Shown: in pieces, positions 1 to 12,420 of the stretch | How positions within the stretch are numbered: position 1 is the stretch's first letter | Layout: each line of letters opens with the position of its first letter | NCBI GenBank assembly: GCA_013265495.1 | Contig: MU057701.1 | Span: 744,001-808,000, forward strand | Direction: 5' to 3' | DNA: 64,000 bases | DNA from: Vicugna vicugna | Taxonomy: Eukaryota | Program-made: the position numbers and the translations under genes | The notes under the pieces: generated by a model | Databases searched by the model: none | Told to the model about the DNA's origin: nothing | Seen by the model: only the letters and a program-made list of their open reading frames with translations

Positions 1-1260
1 CAACATTAAACAGCTAAATTAAACACCTGGAATCAAGGGGGTAATTATGTTTAACTAGAAGTACCAACTGTCTGCCCTAAAAGCAGACACAAAGGACTGG
101 GACTCATCATTTCCCCTCTTTTAAAGAAAGGAGTTTTGGCCATCTGTCACTCAAGGTTTTGAAGGGCAGCCAAATCTGGACTTTTTGATTTTTTTAAAAA
201 AATGTATTCCAAAATAACTTTCCTGCTCCCAAGGGCTTCTGCGTGCAAGACGCTGGCAGTTTACTGCTCTTTAGCAACACTTGGGAATCATTCTGTGATC
301 TTTGGCACACACGTGATTATATTCAGAGCAGCCCAAAGATAGCTTCCCGCTCTCTGGGTGCAGACTGCTGCTGGGCCAGTCATCAATATTAATGTGTGTT
401 GTACCTCTTCCCAGAACACAACGTGAAAATCTAGAAATATGTCAACAAGTTTGAATCTTCCCATTCATCTTAGAGTTATTCCATTTCTTTGCATTTTGTT
501 AAAATCTATTATACAGACCCAGGGATGTGAGTTTTCTTTTCATCTTCATTAAGTACTTTAGAATTTGCTCTTTCTTCTGTGGAAGTTAACTCATAGATGT
601 GTATCTTTCTACAAAATGCTTTGATGATTTTGAATTGTTTCATAAACACCTTTACATTTGGTACATGGCATGGCTATCATTTTTCATAGCTGTGTTATAT
701 TCCATTCAGTTGGCATTCTATAATCTACTTAAACATTCCTTTATTATTTGGCATATAGATTATTTTCTGGATTTGATTATTATAAAGAGTGTTGTCAGGA
801 ACATCTTTGTAACATAGTTTATGTCTTCTTTTTAATTACATGTTTTGGATAAATTCCCAGAAATTAAATTAGTGAATCAAAGGATATGAATATTTTTATG
901 ACTTTAAGTATTTACTGCCAACATCTCCTCCACAGAAAATTGTATCAAGTTGAAAGTCTACTGACAACAGACGAGTGAGAACATTTGTCTTTTTAAACAA
1001 CTATTTGCAGTTTGAAAAAGTTCACTAATCTCAACTTGTTAAGCAATGGCTAGCATCCAATTCCTATAAGAGACTGTTGTTGGTTCAGTGTATTAATATC
1101 TCTTTTTGAGTGTTCATGTGATGAAGGTCAAGCCCAGACAAAGAAGTTCTCTGATTTATTTAGATGTTCAGTGCTTCCTCTAGTTCAGAAACATTGACTG
1201 GCTACTACACAAAGAAAAGTATAAGGAATTGCATTTAATTGAATAAACAAACATGACTTT

Positions 1261-1418
1261 GCAGGGAAATGTATGCTCAGTGGATAGAGTACATGCTTAG
1301 CATGCACAAGGTCCTGGGTGCAATCCCCAGTACCTCCATTAAAATAACTAAATAAATAAACTTAATTACCTCCTCCTCTCCAAAAAGGAAAAAAAAAAAG
1401 GCAACAACAAAAAAAAAT
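1261..1418 (+). mobile_element. tRNA-Ala-derived SINE (Vic-1-like, camelid)
   Basis: A/B-box head, aataaac(c)taattacctcc tail, A-rich end, TSD-like aaacatgacttt/aaaaatcacttt. Confidence 0.85.
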
Positions 1419-2325
1419 CACTTTTAGCCATTTTGTTTTCAAGCTTTTAGTGATAAGACACATTGAATGCATCTTTACTTGAGGATTTCCTGAAAACCAG
1501 CATATGTGTGCCAACAAGGTTTTTTCTTTTGGTTTTGGTGTTTTTTTGTTTTGGGTTTTTTTTTTTTTTTTTTTGCTTGTTTTTTAACCAAGAGAGAATC
1601 AAAGTGAGAACTTGAGCTCACCGTTATTTCAGAATCAGTGATTTCCTGATTCTGACTGAACCTTGGGAAGGACAGAGCAGAGTCTTTCCAAAGTCTTTCA
1701 TCTAACTTCTTGGAAAGAATGTGATGATCGATTGCACATGTGCTCCAAAAAAGGAAGGTAACGGTCTGTGCGTCATCCTCTCTTGAGCCTCATGAGAGCC
1801 ATTCCTGAGGAACAGAGAATTCTCAAGGAGAATGACTGACCATTTCTCACACATAATGACGAGATAAAAAACTGACCCTCAAGTGAGCCTGGAACCTGAC
1901 TGCAGCCTTGATTTTTTTTGTTGTTGTCATTGGTGTGCGTTTACGTTAAACTTTCTATTTTGAAATAATTATGGTTTCAACGAGAGTTACAAAGAAATGT
2001 ACCTGGATGTCCTATACCCTCATCATCCAGCTTCCCCCAGCGATAGCAGCTTGTATAACTACATACAATATCGCAACCAGGAAACTGGCATGGGTACAGT
2101 CCATAAAGCTTATCCCGATTTCACCAGTTTTACATGCACTCATTTGTGTGTGTGCAAGTGTGTGTGTGTAGTTCTGTGCAATTTTATCACCTGTGTAGCG
2201 GCACATAACTCCTGCCGCACGTGAGACCCAGAACTATTCCATCTCTATAGAACTCTCTCATGCTGCCCCTTTACAGCCAAGCACCCACACCCCACCCCCG
2301 TCTCCCCACCCCACAAAACCTTAAC

Positions 2326-2545
2326 TTTTTTTTCTAACACCTTTATTGTGCTATGGTTCCTGCACAGTAAACTACACATATTTCAGATGTACAATTTGAT
2401 GAACTTTGATAGATGTATACACAATCAAGATAGATTTCCATCACTCCCCAAGAGGTGCAAATTTCAAATTCTCAATTTATCCCTTCCCACCCCCTTTCCC
2501 TCCTGGTAACCATAAGTTTGTTCTCTATCTCTGAGTGTGTTTCTA
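2326..2545 (-). mobile_element. 5'-truncated L1 3' end, chimeric-tail type
   Basis: TSD cacaaaaccttaactttt/cacaaaacctttactttt; homologous to 17268 and 24355 copies. Confidence 0.8.
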
Positions 2546-2809
2546 CACAAAACCTTTACTTTTAAGAACAAATTATATTCAACTACATTCAATTTCCTAT
2601 AATAACATACAAGGGAAAAGAATCTGAAAAGAAAAAAATATATACGTAGGTATATGAATCACTTTGCTGTACAACTGAAACTAACATTCAATCAACTACA
2701 CTTCCATAAAGAATGTTAAAAAGCAAAACATACAAACAAAAAAATAAAGAAAATATTTCACTGAGGCAAACTTTTTTTTTCTGCTATAACATATTCATCA
2801 CAGCTCTGA

Positions 2810-3170
2810 AACTTTTTTTTTTTGGCTTGTTTTAAATTGTAAAATGTACATAGCATAAAATTTACCACTTTAACTATTTTTAAGTGTATGATTCAGTGGT
2901 ATTAAGTATATTCGCAATGCCATGCACCATCACCACTATTCGCTTCCAGAACTTTTTCATCATCCCAAACAGACACTCTGTACCCAATAAACACTAACCC
3001 CCCATCCTTTCCTCCCTCCAGCCCCTGAGAGCTTCTGTTCTACTTTCTGGCTCCATGAATTTGCCTGTTCTGGACATTTTATATAAATGGGACGTGTAAC
3101 ATTTGTCTTTGTGTGTCTGGCTTATGTCACTTCACATAATGTTTTCAAGTTTCACTCATGTTACAGCACG
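2810..3170 (-). mobile_element. Old L1 (L1MA/MB-like) 3' end
   Basis: aaatttaccactttaactatttttaagtgtatgattcagtggtattaagtatattc...caccatcaccact. Confidence 0.7.
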
Positions 3171-4451
3171 TTTCAGGCCTTTTAAAGGCTTATTTTATGG
3201 GGGGAAAAAAACCTGATAAGTCAGTAAACATACTCTCCTGTGTTTTCCAAGTGCAACGTTGGGCAAATCCCTTCCTCTTTCTGAGCCTTCATTTCTTTAC
3301 ATGTCACCACACCGCCCATAATAACAAGAGGCATATTTTTATATTTCAATGGCAAGTATGTAAAAATAAGATTGCCATTTGGTACGAGAGAGAGGGTACA
3401 AGCAAATTCAAACAAAAGCGCCATAAGAAAGAGCAGGGAGCTCATGAGAAAAAGAGGATGGCCGCTCCACCGTCACGGGAAGCTTCTTCTATTCTGAGTC
3501 TGTTTTGAGAGAATCTCTTCCTTTTAACCACAGGAGGTAACTAAAAGCAGTCAGGAAGTAGATTAAAATGTCCTTTCTAGAAACAAGTTTGCCAAAGGAA
3601 ACAAATAGAAGAAATGCAACTTTCGGGTCCCTTTCTGAGATTTCAACAAACATTAATAACATCCCAAGTGGAAAGAATGGTGTTTCAAGAATAAAGTGAA
3701 ATACGTTTCTGCTTGAAAAGAACTAGACAAATGAGGTCAGACCTGCTTCATTTTCATGCATGCTCATTGTCAAATAATTATGTTTTACTCCAGTAAAGGG
3801 AATTAAGTGAGGGTGCTTGGATTTTTTTTTAAAACAACAACAACAAACTGGCTAATTCAGATTATCTGAAGGGTCAATAGTGTGTTATAGTCAGATTCTT
3901 TTAAGCAATATGACTTGTTATTGTTAGAATATAAAAATGTTCAACCTTTTTTTTTTTTTTTGACATGCTAGGTCTCATTAGGTCTAGATGGAAAAGCTTT
4001 TTAGTATAACAAGATACCCTCCCCAGCCTGGTAAATAGCTTTTGAGACAAATCTGATTAATACACAGAGAAGTTTAACTAGCAAGGCCAAGATTTTGTTA
4101 ACTGGATTTTGTTAATTTTGCTAAGCAATACTGCTGCCTCAGCTGAAACTCTTTAGTGATTCCTTTTTTTTTTTTTTTTTTTGAAATTTTAAAAAGCGAT
4201 TACATGGTTACATTCTTTACTTTTACCTATTGAAGAACACTAGAGGGATATGATTCATAACCTGGGGTAGCACCTTTTTAAAGCCCCTCCCTCCACTCTC
4301 CAATTTTCCTGTGCTCTGGGATCACTCCTCTGTTGATGTTCTGAAACTGTCCCTCCAGCTCTGCTTTAACATTGAACTTTTCCCCTTCTTTCCTACTCTT
4401 ATTGTGGTAGATACCTTGGCTTCTCTTCCAGCGACCAAAAAGGAAAAAAAA

Positions 4452-7254
4452 AAGTCTTTCTTAAGGGGAAGAGAGAAGGGGACAACTGGGTGCGCATTGT
4501 TTCTACTGGCTTAATGGGTTGATTCCTTTTGAATAAAATTAATCCAAATGTACCCCAAATAAGCATACATATCTTAAACATGAGCCTCTTCAAATCTGGA
4601 TCCAAATATAAATCAATTACTTTAAATGTTTTTGGTGAGTTCCTTTCTTTTCCCTCCCCATGCTACCTTCCTTAATTCTTCAAATGAAAACCAAGGAAAG
4701 GTGGATTAAAAGTAAATCTCCTGAGGGGACAGTGTTTATTCTGAGAGAGAATATTGGAACCTATAAAGGGGAACCCCTAAGATTTCACATGGTATTCTCT
4801 TCTCTCCTATTCTGAGGCATTTGCTATTTTATTTTCCTCTAAAAGCTGGTCTCCAGCTCAAACATCTGAGTTATTAATGACCTGTACACATAATGGCTCT
4901 TTAACCCTAGTCCCAGCAGCCACAACGGGACAGTGGAGTGGAGGGGGAAAATTCCCAGACAGCTGAACAGGGGCCTAACCCAGACCCACTTGACCTTAGC
5001 AGTGATTCCACCAAAAAGCCCACCAGTACCCACGCCCAGACTGCCCCATTTGCCAGACCAAATAGAGTTGAGGGGTAGAAAGGGTTTAAGCAGCCTCAAA
5101 TCTCTTCCTCAGCCTGGGACATATTGGGACAAAAATATTGTCACCCGCTTCCTAGGCTGACCTGGGTGCTTTATCTTAAGCCTGCACCCCCTCCCTGCCC
5201 TCCCTGTGAACTGGGTCACAGGGTCAATATCTGCTTTAGTCCTCATTCCTCATTCTGGTCCTGATATAATTTAGCCTATAATCTAGTACTGTCTTTTGTA
5301 CTTTTCCTCTTTCTTCTTTCCTTTTTTTCCTTTCATGGTGTCTGTTATGTAGCAGAGAATAAGAGAGCACAGGGGAGACAAAAGTAAGCAAAAGAAATCT
5401 GGTCTCTCACTTTATAGTTTAGTGGAGAAGATATATAATACTTAGATGTAATCACACAATAAATGTAATTGCTACTTGATGCAGGGTCAGTGGGGGAAAG
5501 TGACATTACGCTCGGAGAGCATATACCACAAGGGAAAGAGGGTTATTCAATGGAGACTGAGATGTGAAAGGTGTGTGGCAGTTAGTTGATTTAGGAGATG
5601 CTAAACGCATTCCCAGCAAAGGAAACAGCACGTACAAAGGCCCTGAGGTGGGAGAGGGCATAGCCTATTCCAAAACAAGATGAGGCCTGAGTCAGAACAA
5701 GGGATATTTGATTGGAGACGGGGCAGAAAGAAGGGTAGGGGTCAGATTTTGCAAAGCCCTTGTGAGTGGGATTGCCAGATTTAGCAAATAAAGATTGAGG
5801 ATGCCAGGTTGAATTTAATTTCAGATAAGCAATGACTAGTTGTATGGAATATAAGTCTTTCTTAAGGGGAAGAGAGAAGGGGACAACTGGGTGCGCATTG
5901 TTTCTACTGGCTTAATGGGTTGATTCCTTTTGAATAAAATTAATCCAAATGTACCCCAAATAAGCATACATATCTTAAACATGAGCCTCTTCAAATCTGG
6001 ATCCAAATATAAATCAATTACTTTAAATGTTTTTGGTGAGTTCCTTTCTTTTCCCTCCCCATGCTACCTTCCTTAATTCTTCAAATGAAAACCAAGGAAA
6101 GGTGGATTAAAAGTAAATCTCCTGAGGGGACAGTGTTTATTCTGAGAGAGAATATTGGAACCTATAAAGGGGAACCCCTAAGATTTCACATGGTATTCTC
6201 TTCTCTCCTATTCTGAGGCATTTGCTATTTTATTTTCCTCTAAAAGCTGGTCTCCAGCTCAAACATCTGAGTTATTAATGACCTGTACACATAATGGCTC
6301 TTTAACCCTAGTCCCAGCAGCCACAACGGGACAGTGGAGTGGAGGGGGAAAATTCCCAGACAGCTGAACAGGGGCCTAACCCAGACCCACTTGACCTTAG
6401 CAGTGATTCCACCAAAAAGCCCACCAGTACCCACGCCCAGACTGCCCCATTTGCCAGACCAAATAGAGTTGAGGGGTAGAAAGGGTTTAAGCAGCCTCAA
6501 ATCTCTTCCTCAGCCTGGGACATATTGGGACAAAAATATTGTCACCCGCTTCCTAGGCTGACCTGGGTGCTTTATCTTAAGCCTGCACCCCCTCCCTGCC
6601 CTCCCTGTGAACTGGGTCACAGGGTCAATATCTGCTTTAGTCCTCATTCCTCATTCTGGTCCTGATATAATTTAGCCTATAATCTAGTACTGTCTTTTGT
6701 ACTTTTCCTCTTTCTTCTTTCCTTTTTTTCCTTTCATGGTGTCTGTTATGTAGCAGAGAATAAGAGAGCACAGGGGAGACAAAAGTAAGCAAAAGAAATC
6801 TGGTCTCTCACTTTATAGTTTAGTGGAGAAGATATATAATACTTAGATGTAATCACACAATAAATGTAATTGCTACTTGATGCAGGGTCAGTGGGGGAAA
6901 GTGACATTACGCTCGGAGAGCATATACCACAAGGGAAAGAGGGTTATTCAATGGAGACTGAGATGTGAAAGGTGTGTGGCAGTTAGTTGATTTAGGAGAT
7001 GCTAAACGCATTCCCAGCAAAGGAAACAGCACGTACAAAGGCCCTGAGGTGGGAGAGGGCATAGCCTATTCCAAAACAAGATGAGGCCTGAGTCAGAACA
7101 AGGGATATTTGATTGGAGACGGGGCAGAAAGAAGGGTAGGGGTCAGATTTTGCAAAGCCCTTGTGAGTGGGATTGCCAGATTTAGCAAATAAAGATTGAG
7201 GATGCCAGGTTGAATTTAATTTCAGATAAGCAATGACTAGTTGTATGGAATATA
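4452..7254. repeat. Direct tandem duplication, 2 x 1401 bp
   Basis: 4452-5853 equals 5853-7254; identical ORFs at 4839/6240 and 4933/6334 are offset by 1401. Confidence 0.97.
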
Positions 7255-7760
7255 TTTATGCTAAAAAAATTATGTGTTATCTGAAATTCAAATTTCACTG
7301 GGCATCCTGTGTTTTATTTGGCTGCCCTACTTGTGGGTCAGGGAAGGATTTGATCTTGTTCATCCTGAGAACAAGGTATTAAAGGATTTTAAGCAGGGGG
7401 TGGCATAATCTGATTAGAATTTTGAATAGATCATCCTGGCTACAGATTGGAAGGGGGCAAGTGGAGAAGCAGGGAGACAAAGAAGCAATTACTGTGGTCC
7501 AAGTAAGAGGGACTTGGACTTGAGGGGTGGCAGTGGAGGAGAGAAGTGGACAATTTGACCTGTATTTAGAAAACAAAACCAACAGCACTTGGAACCTACT
7601 CAGGTCCCAATGCTTTAGAGAACTTTCTTGTGCCATTGATACCTAAATCTTTGTCTCCAACCTGAGTCTTGAACAGAAACTCCAGGCTCATATGTGCTAC
7701 CAACTTATTCGGCATCTCAAACTTAACACAGTCAAAATAGAATGCTGGGTCTACCTTCCC
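6730..7760. mobile_element. L2 LINE fragments (host of the MER53-like element; partly duplicated at ~5330-5760)
   Basis: Typical L2 motifs such as ggaaacagcacgtacaaaggccctgaggtggga and gatcatcctggctac. Confidence 0.6.
7168..7329. mobile_element. MER53-like palindromic hAT MITE (left half also duplicated at ~5767-5853)
   Basis: gggattgccagatttagcaaataaa...gttttatttggctgcccta terminal inverted arms; 8-bp TSD cttgtgag/cttgtggg. Confidence 0.8.
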
Positions 7761-9311
7761 AAAAACTAGTAGGTATAAAACAAGCTAAAAGGATATATTA
7801 TACAACATAGGGGATATAGCAAATATTTTAAATATAAATGGAGAATATAACCTTTAAAAAATTTTGAATCACTATATTGTACACCTATAATTTATATAAT
7901 ATTATATACATCACCTATACTTCAATAAAAAATGGGAAAAGGCCACTAGCACATTAAAAGTGATATTTCACGTGGGAAAAAAGGCCATGTATACCTTAGA
8001 TTATGACATTCTTCCTTCATCTCTGATATTTGCTGTGGGAAATATCTTGAGAGGCGTCTGCCTGAATTCCAGTAATATCATCCAGTTCTTTGCTATGGTC
8101 TCAACATTTACCTCAAAGGCATTTTGAGATTCTCAAACTGGAAAATCTATCTCAGAGAATCTTAGACCTTTATGTAAGAACCACTACAACTTCCATATAG
8201 TATGGAGATTTGGTGGAATATATATATATATATATAACCCATCCTGTTTTCAGAATAGTGCTTCTAGAAATGCTCCTTTGGCAAAGTACTTACTGCATCC
8301 TGCTCACACATTGCACACGTCATCAACGGTCAACCTTCCGTGAAAAATCCATAATGGGTAACATTCTCCCTTTCAAATATGGGCAGGCATCCCTACTATA
8401 TAATTAGACTTATTTACTGCATATTTATCACCTGATTCTATTCTAGGAATTGAATGTGAGATGCAATATCTTTCCCCAGTCTTCACAGCTAGGCAGCCAA
8501 GCAGCAGAAACAAGACAAACAATCCAGGCGGAACATCTACAGCTCAAATTAAAAAGTACAGGGTCACAGCTGCCTTTGAAGAGCAGCCCTCACACGTCTC
8601 TAACCAGTGATGGATAGCCAGGCCTTGTTCTTGCTCATTGACCTTGACTGATTCATCTTGGAAGTGGAATACTTTGACCCGTTCTTATCTTAGGCTAGGT
8701 TGCAGAAGACTCCTAATTCCCTCGTTACAGCTGGTGTCCTTCCAAAAGGGATTACAATCTCCTTTAATCGTTTACCAAACTTAGATTCAAATTTACAGAC
8801 AAACATGCACGTGAAGTTCCAGCTTTCTCAACTTGTTAAGTCTTAACTTTATCCAAATGGGTCAAGTTCACATCTATTACGACAGCTTGCCATATAAGTG
8901 TGATCTATTCAACAAGCATGTATCAGACTATGGCTGGTGCCATGAATACAAAGATGTGAAGTGCTTCTTTCAATCAGACAGCACTTTTTAAGTGAGTGCC
9001 TATTAAGTGCTAGGAAATTAAAAGGAAACAGATTAACTCTTTATGTACTGACTGGAAATGATCGGCAAGACATTGTTTACGTGAAGAAAGCAAAGGGCAG
9101 AGCACCAGATAGGCTACACTGTCGTTTGTGTAAAAAGGGAAGAGAAAACAGACACACATCACAATCTAAATGCGTAGAAAATCTATCTGAAATGTCACCC
9201 AGGAATTGTTAACATTGATCATCGCTGGGAGAGAGAGCAGGGTGGCTAGAGACAGGGATGAGGGGGCGAGTTTTTACATTGTGTATCTTTCTTCTGCTTG
9301 GACTCTTGTGC

Positions 9312-9710
9312 GGGTCTTGGTTTGCTCAGGCTGCCATAACAAAATACTGCAGACTGGGTGGCTTAAACAACAGAAACGCATATTCTCACAATTCTGGCGG
9401 CTGGGAGTCTGTGTGTCAGCAGGTTTGGTTTTCTTCTGGCCTCTCTCTTTGGCTTATAGATGGTAGCCTTCTCCCTGTGTCTTCATACAGCCTCCTCTGT
9501 GTGTGTCTGTGTCCTCATCACCTCTTCTGATGTTGAAACCAGCCCTATTGGATTAGGGCCCACCCTAATGACCTCATTTTTACCTTGATTATCTTTTTGA
9601 ACACCCTCACTCCTAACACAGTCACACTCTATTGTGCTAAAGGTGAGACCTCAGCATATGAGTTTGGGGGGGAGTTGGGTGGGAGGATGGACACAAGTCA
9701 GCCCACAATA
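9312..9710 (-). mobile_element. MaLR LTR (MLT1A-C-like)
   Basis: ggctgccataacaaaatactgcagactgggtggcttaaacaacagaaa...ggattagggcccaccctaatgacctcatt. Confidence 0.85.
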
Positions 9711-10109
9711 CCTATCCAAAAAGAGAAAGAAAGAAGAAAAAGAAAATTTAAAAATCTATCTCCAGTCCCATAACCTTTTCTAGGGCTAAAAATAAGAGTC
9801 AGAAGTTGTTTCAATTCTCAGCATCTGCAAGAAGTTTGGTAGCATTCCTAGCCCAGTGGCTCTTTTCCTGGTCCTAAGGTCTCCTTGGGCATCAGGAGGG
9901 CAAGGCTTAGTTTTCACTTCTGAGCTGAAAGCCCTCCCATGTTTTCTTCCTACTTTGACTTCCTTAGAGTCTTGACACCTAAACCAGACTCCGGAACTCA
10001 GGAAAGTTTGCTCCATCTCTCCTTTCTGACACCAAGAACTTTGATCTCCCTCTTCCCAGGCAGGTAACCTTTAACCCTATCCTTGCTCTCCACCTGCACT
10101 GTCTAGGTG

Positions 10110-10530
10110 TAGCAGTTCTCACACTCTTGGGTGTCCTGAGGCCCTTTCAGAGAGTCCATGAAGACAAACTACTCAGATGTGATTTTCCTATTATGGTGCA
10201 CGACGGAGCTCCGGTGTGGTATGACATGTGATACCACAATGGGTTGAATGCAGAAGCCGATGTGAGAATCGGTTGTCTTTTACTAAGCCGGACATTGAAG
10301 AGATTTGCAAAAATGTAAAATGATGCCACTCTTCTCACTAAATTGTTTTCCAAATTATTTTTCATAAAAATGTTATTTAACATGTAATGGGTTCATTATT
10401 TGAAAATAAATACATACTTCTCAATTCCTCACTTTTAATTTCTATACAGCAAAAAAAAAGCATTTTGCAGTCCTCAGTAATTTTTAAGACTGTAAAGGAA
10501 TCCTGACATCATAAAGGTTGAGAATCCCTG
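10110..10530. mobile_element. hAT-Charlie DNA transposon relic
   Basis: cagttctca...gttgagaatccctg termini; aagccggacattgaagagatttgcaaaaatgtaaaa motif. Confidence 0.65.
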
Positions 10531-11589
10531 TTTTAAAGTCTTCAAGCTGAAGAAGAGAGAAAGCACAAATTCAATATTATGAGTAAGCTTTCACTGTTTA
10601 TTCATTAGCCTCATAAATATTTATGGGACAGGCACTATGCCAGATACTAGTGATAAGTCCAGAGTCCCTTCAAAGAACCAAACGTAATGGAGGAAATACA
10701 TGAGTAACTAGGCCATCCCAGTACTGGATGTTCCAATAACACCAATGCCCTGAATCAGATATTTAATCCAACCTCAGAGAGTCAGAGAAGCCTGCCTGGA
10801 GGAGGAGGTATCTAGGCTGACATCCCAAATATGGGTAATAAGTGCTAAATACTTACTCAGTTGAGAGGCTGATTGTGCTGGGAGGAAAAGAAATGCTTCA
10901 CAGAGGCCAGGATGTCTAGGCTGCATATCACAGTATTTCTTTTCCAAATAACAAAGGGGTCACAAACTCAAATTCCCGAGTCACGTTGAAAACAAAAAGA
11001 CCTGTTAGCCTTATTAAGAATTCACGGTAGGTATTTGATTCTTTCCGTAATAGCTGCATAACCTCCTTTCTCCTGTGTTGTAATGCTGTGGCTGTGTGGA
11101 TGCTTAATCTAAACCGATGTGGCGGCATTTTGCCGTGTGACATAGCACATGGTACATGTTTGTGACTAGTGGCCTATTTAGATGGTTTCTCCCTAAGAAC
11201 ATGCACGATTTATCTTGACTGAATCAGTCACGTTTACCGTAAAAATCTCTCCTGGAAACGGTCTTGCCAAAAATTGCCCTGGGGGATTTTGGACTTCACT
11301 TTCTTCAACAAACAAGTCTGAATTTCCTGTAAGCTGCTGAAAGAGTTCCCCGCGGGTGCTCAGAAAACCAGGGAGACACAACTTGGGAGGTGCAAAAGGC
11401 CAGACACTAGACCTCTGTGCCGGGTTCTGGTAAGTAGGGGGGCTAAAGCATTTCAGTTAGCTACAGCAAGTTATTAAGAATTTATCTTAAGAGAGAAATA
11501 TTTTTCCTTTGGGACATTGTTCTATGAGGCCGTGGTAGGAATACCTGTAGAGTTCGCTTCAAGTTAAAAAAAAAAAAAATCTGGCTCAT

Positions 11590-12420
11590 TTAAATTCGGC
11601 CACTTGCCACGCCCATCCCCCAGCAGCTCAAGTCCGCAGGTGAACGAGACGCAGCACATTCAGCACCTAACAGGTATGACTTCCCCTGCGCGTTCATCCG
11701 GGACTCGGCGGCGCGGCCTGGGAGGCGGAGTCTAGACGCAAGCTCCAGGCCCCGCCCACCAGATGATATCCGCAGCTCCGTCTCTACCCGCCAGGGGTCG
11801 CAGGCCCTGGGAGCAGGTATCTCACTTGGCGAGAGCCTGATAGTCGATTTCCTAGTTCTCGCGAGAGAAAGCGCGAAGCCTGACGGGAAGTTTGCGCGGC
11901 CGTGGGGTAAGTTGGGCCAAAATGGCAGCTCTAGAGGAGGAATTCACGTTGACAGCGGTACTCTTGGGTTCTGGGCCTGACGGACCTCTAGGAGTGGAGC
12001 CGAGCAACAAAACAGACCAGTTTCTAGTGACGGACAGCGGCAGAACCGTCATCCTCTATAAGGTGAGAGTCACAGGCTCGGAGTGCCCCCACTGCCGTCT
12101 CCCCCCTTTCGGAGCGCGGGGCCAGAACCTCGGGTTTCTCACAGCTTCGGCTAGACATCATCCAGCGGGCTTAACGGAGAGCCGGCGTGGCCTCTTCCGG
12201 ACGCTGAATGAGGTCTAGCGTCTGACTGGGTTGTTTTCCCGGAAAGAGAGGCATAGTTTCGAGTTGCAGGCGGCAGAGCGTTTAAGTGCACGTGGGCTAG
12301 ACTCAGAAAGGAAAGGCCACCTGTTCTTTCGCTTCGTGTCTCCCGGAGATAGCCTCGCTAAGATCCCCTCCTGGGGTCTCTGTCACCCCAGCTGCCCCCA
12401 GAAACGGTGAACGGAGAGTG
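11590..12420 (+). promoter_or_regulatory. CpG-island promoter of NOL11
   Basis: Strongly CpG-dense stretch around exon 1; GC box GCCCCGCCC 11749-11757, palindrome TCTCGCGAGA 11857-11866, ETS-like GGAAGT near 11886, YY1-like AAAATGGCAGC over the ATG. Confidence 0.85.
11922..12062 (+). CDS. NOL11: NOL11 coding exon 1 ([21 protein letters not shown]...RTVILYK)
   Basis: ATG in context aaaATGG; donor AAG|GTGAGA. Confidence 0.96.

Noticed and set aside
1..4450. 3' end of the upstream neighbour (PITPNC1 by recalled human synteny)
   Set aside because: No coding exon recognisable; UTR identity cannot be established from sequence alone.
4839..6561. Pairs of identical ORFs suggesting a duplicated gene
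   Set aside because: By-product of the 1401-bp duplication; no recognisable protein or splice structure.
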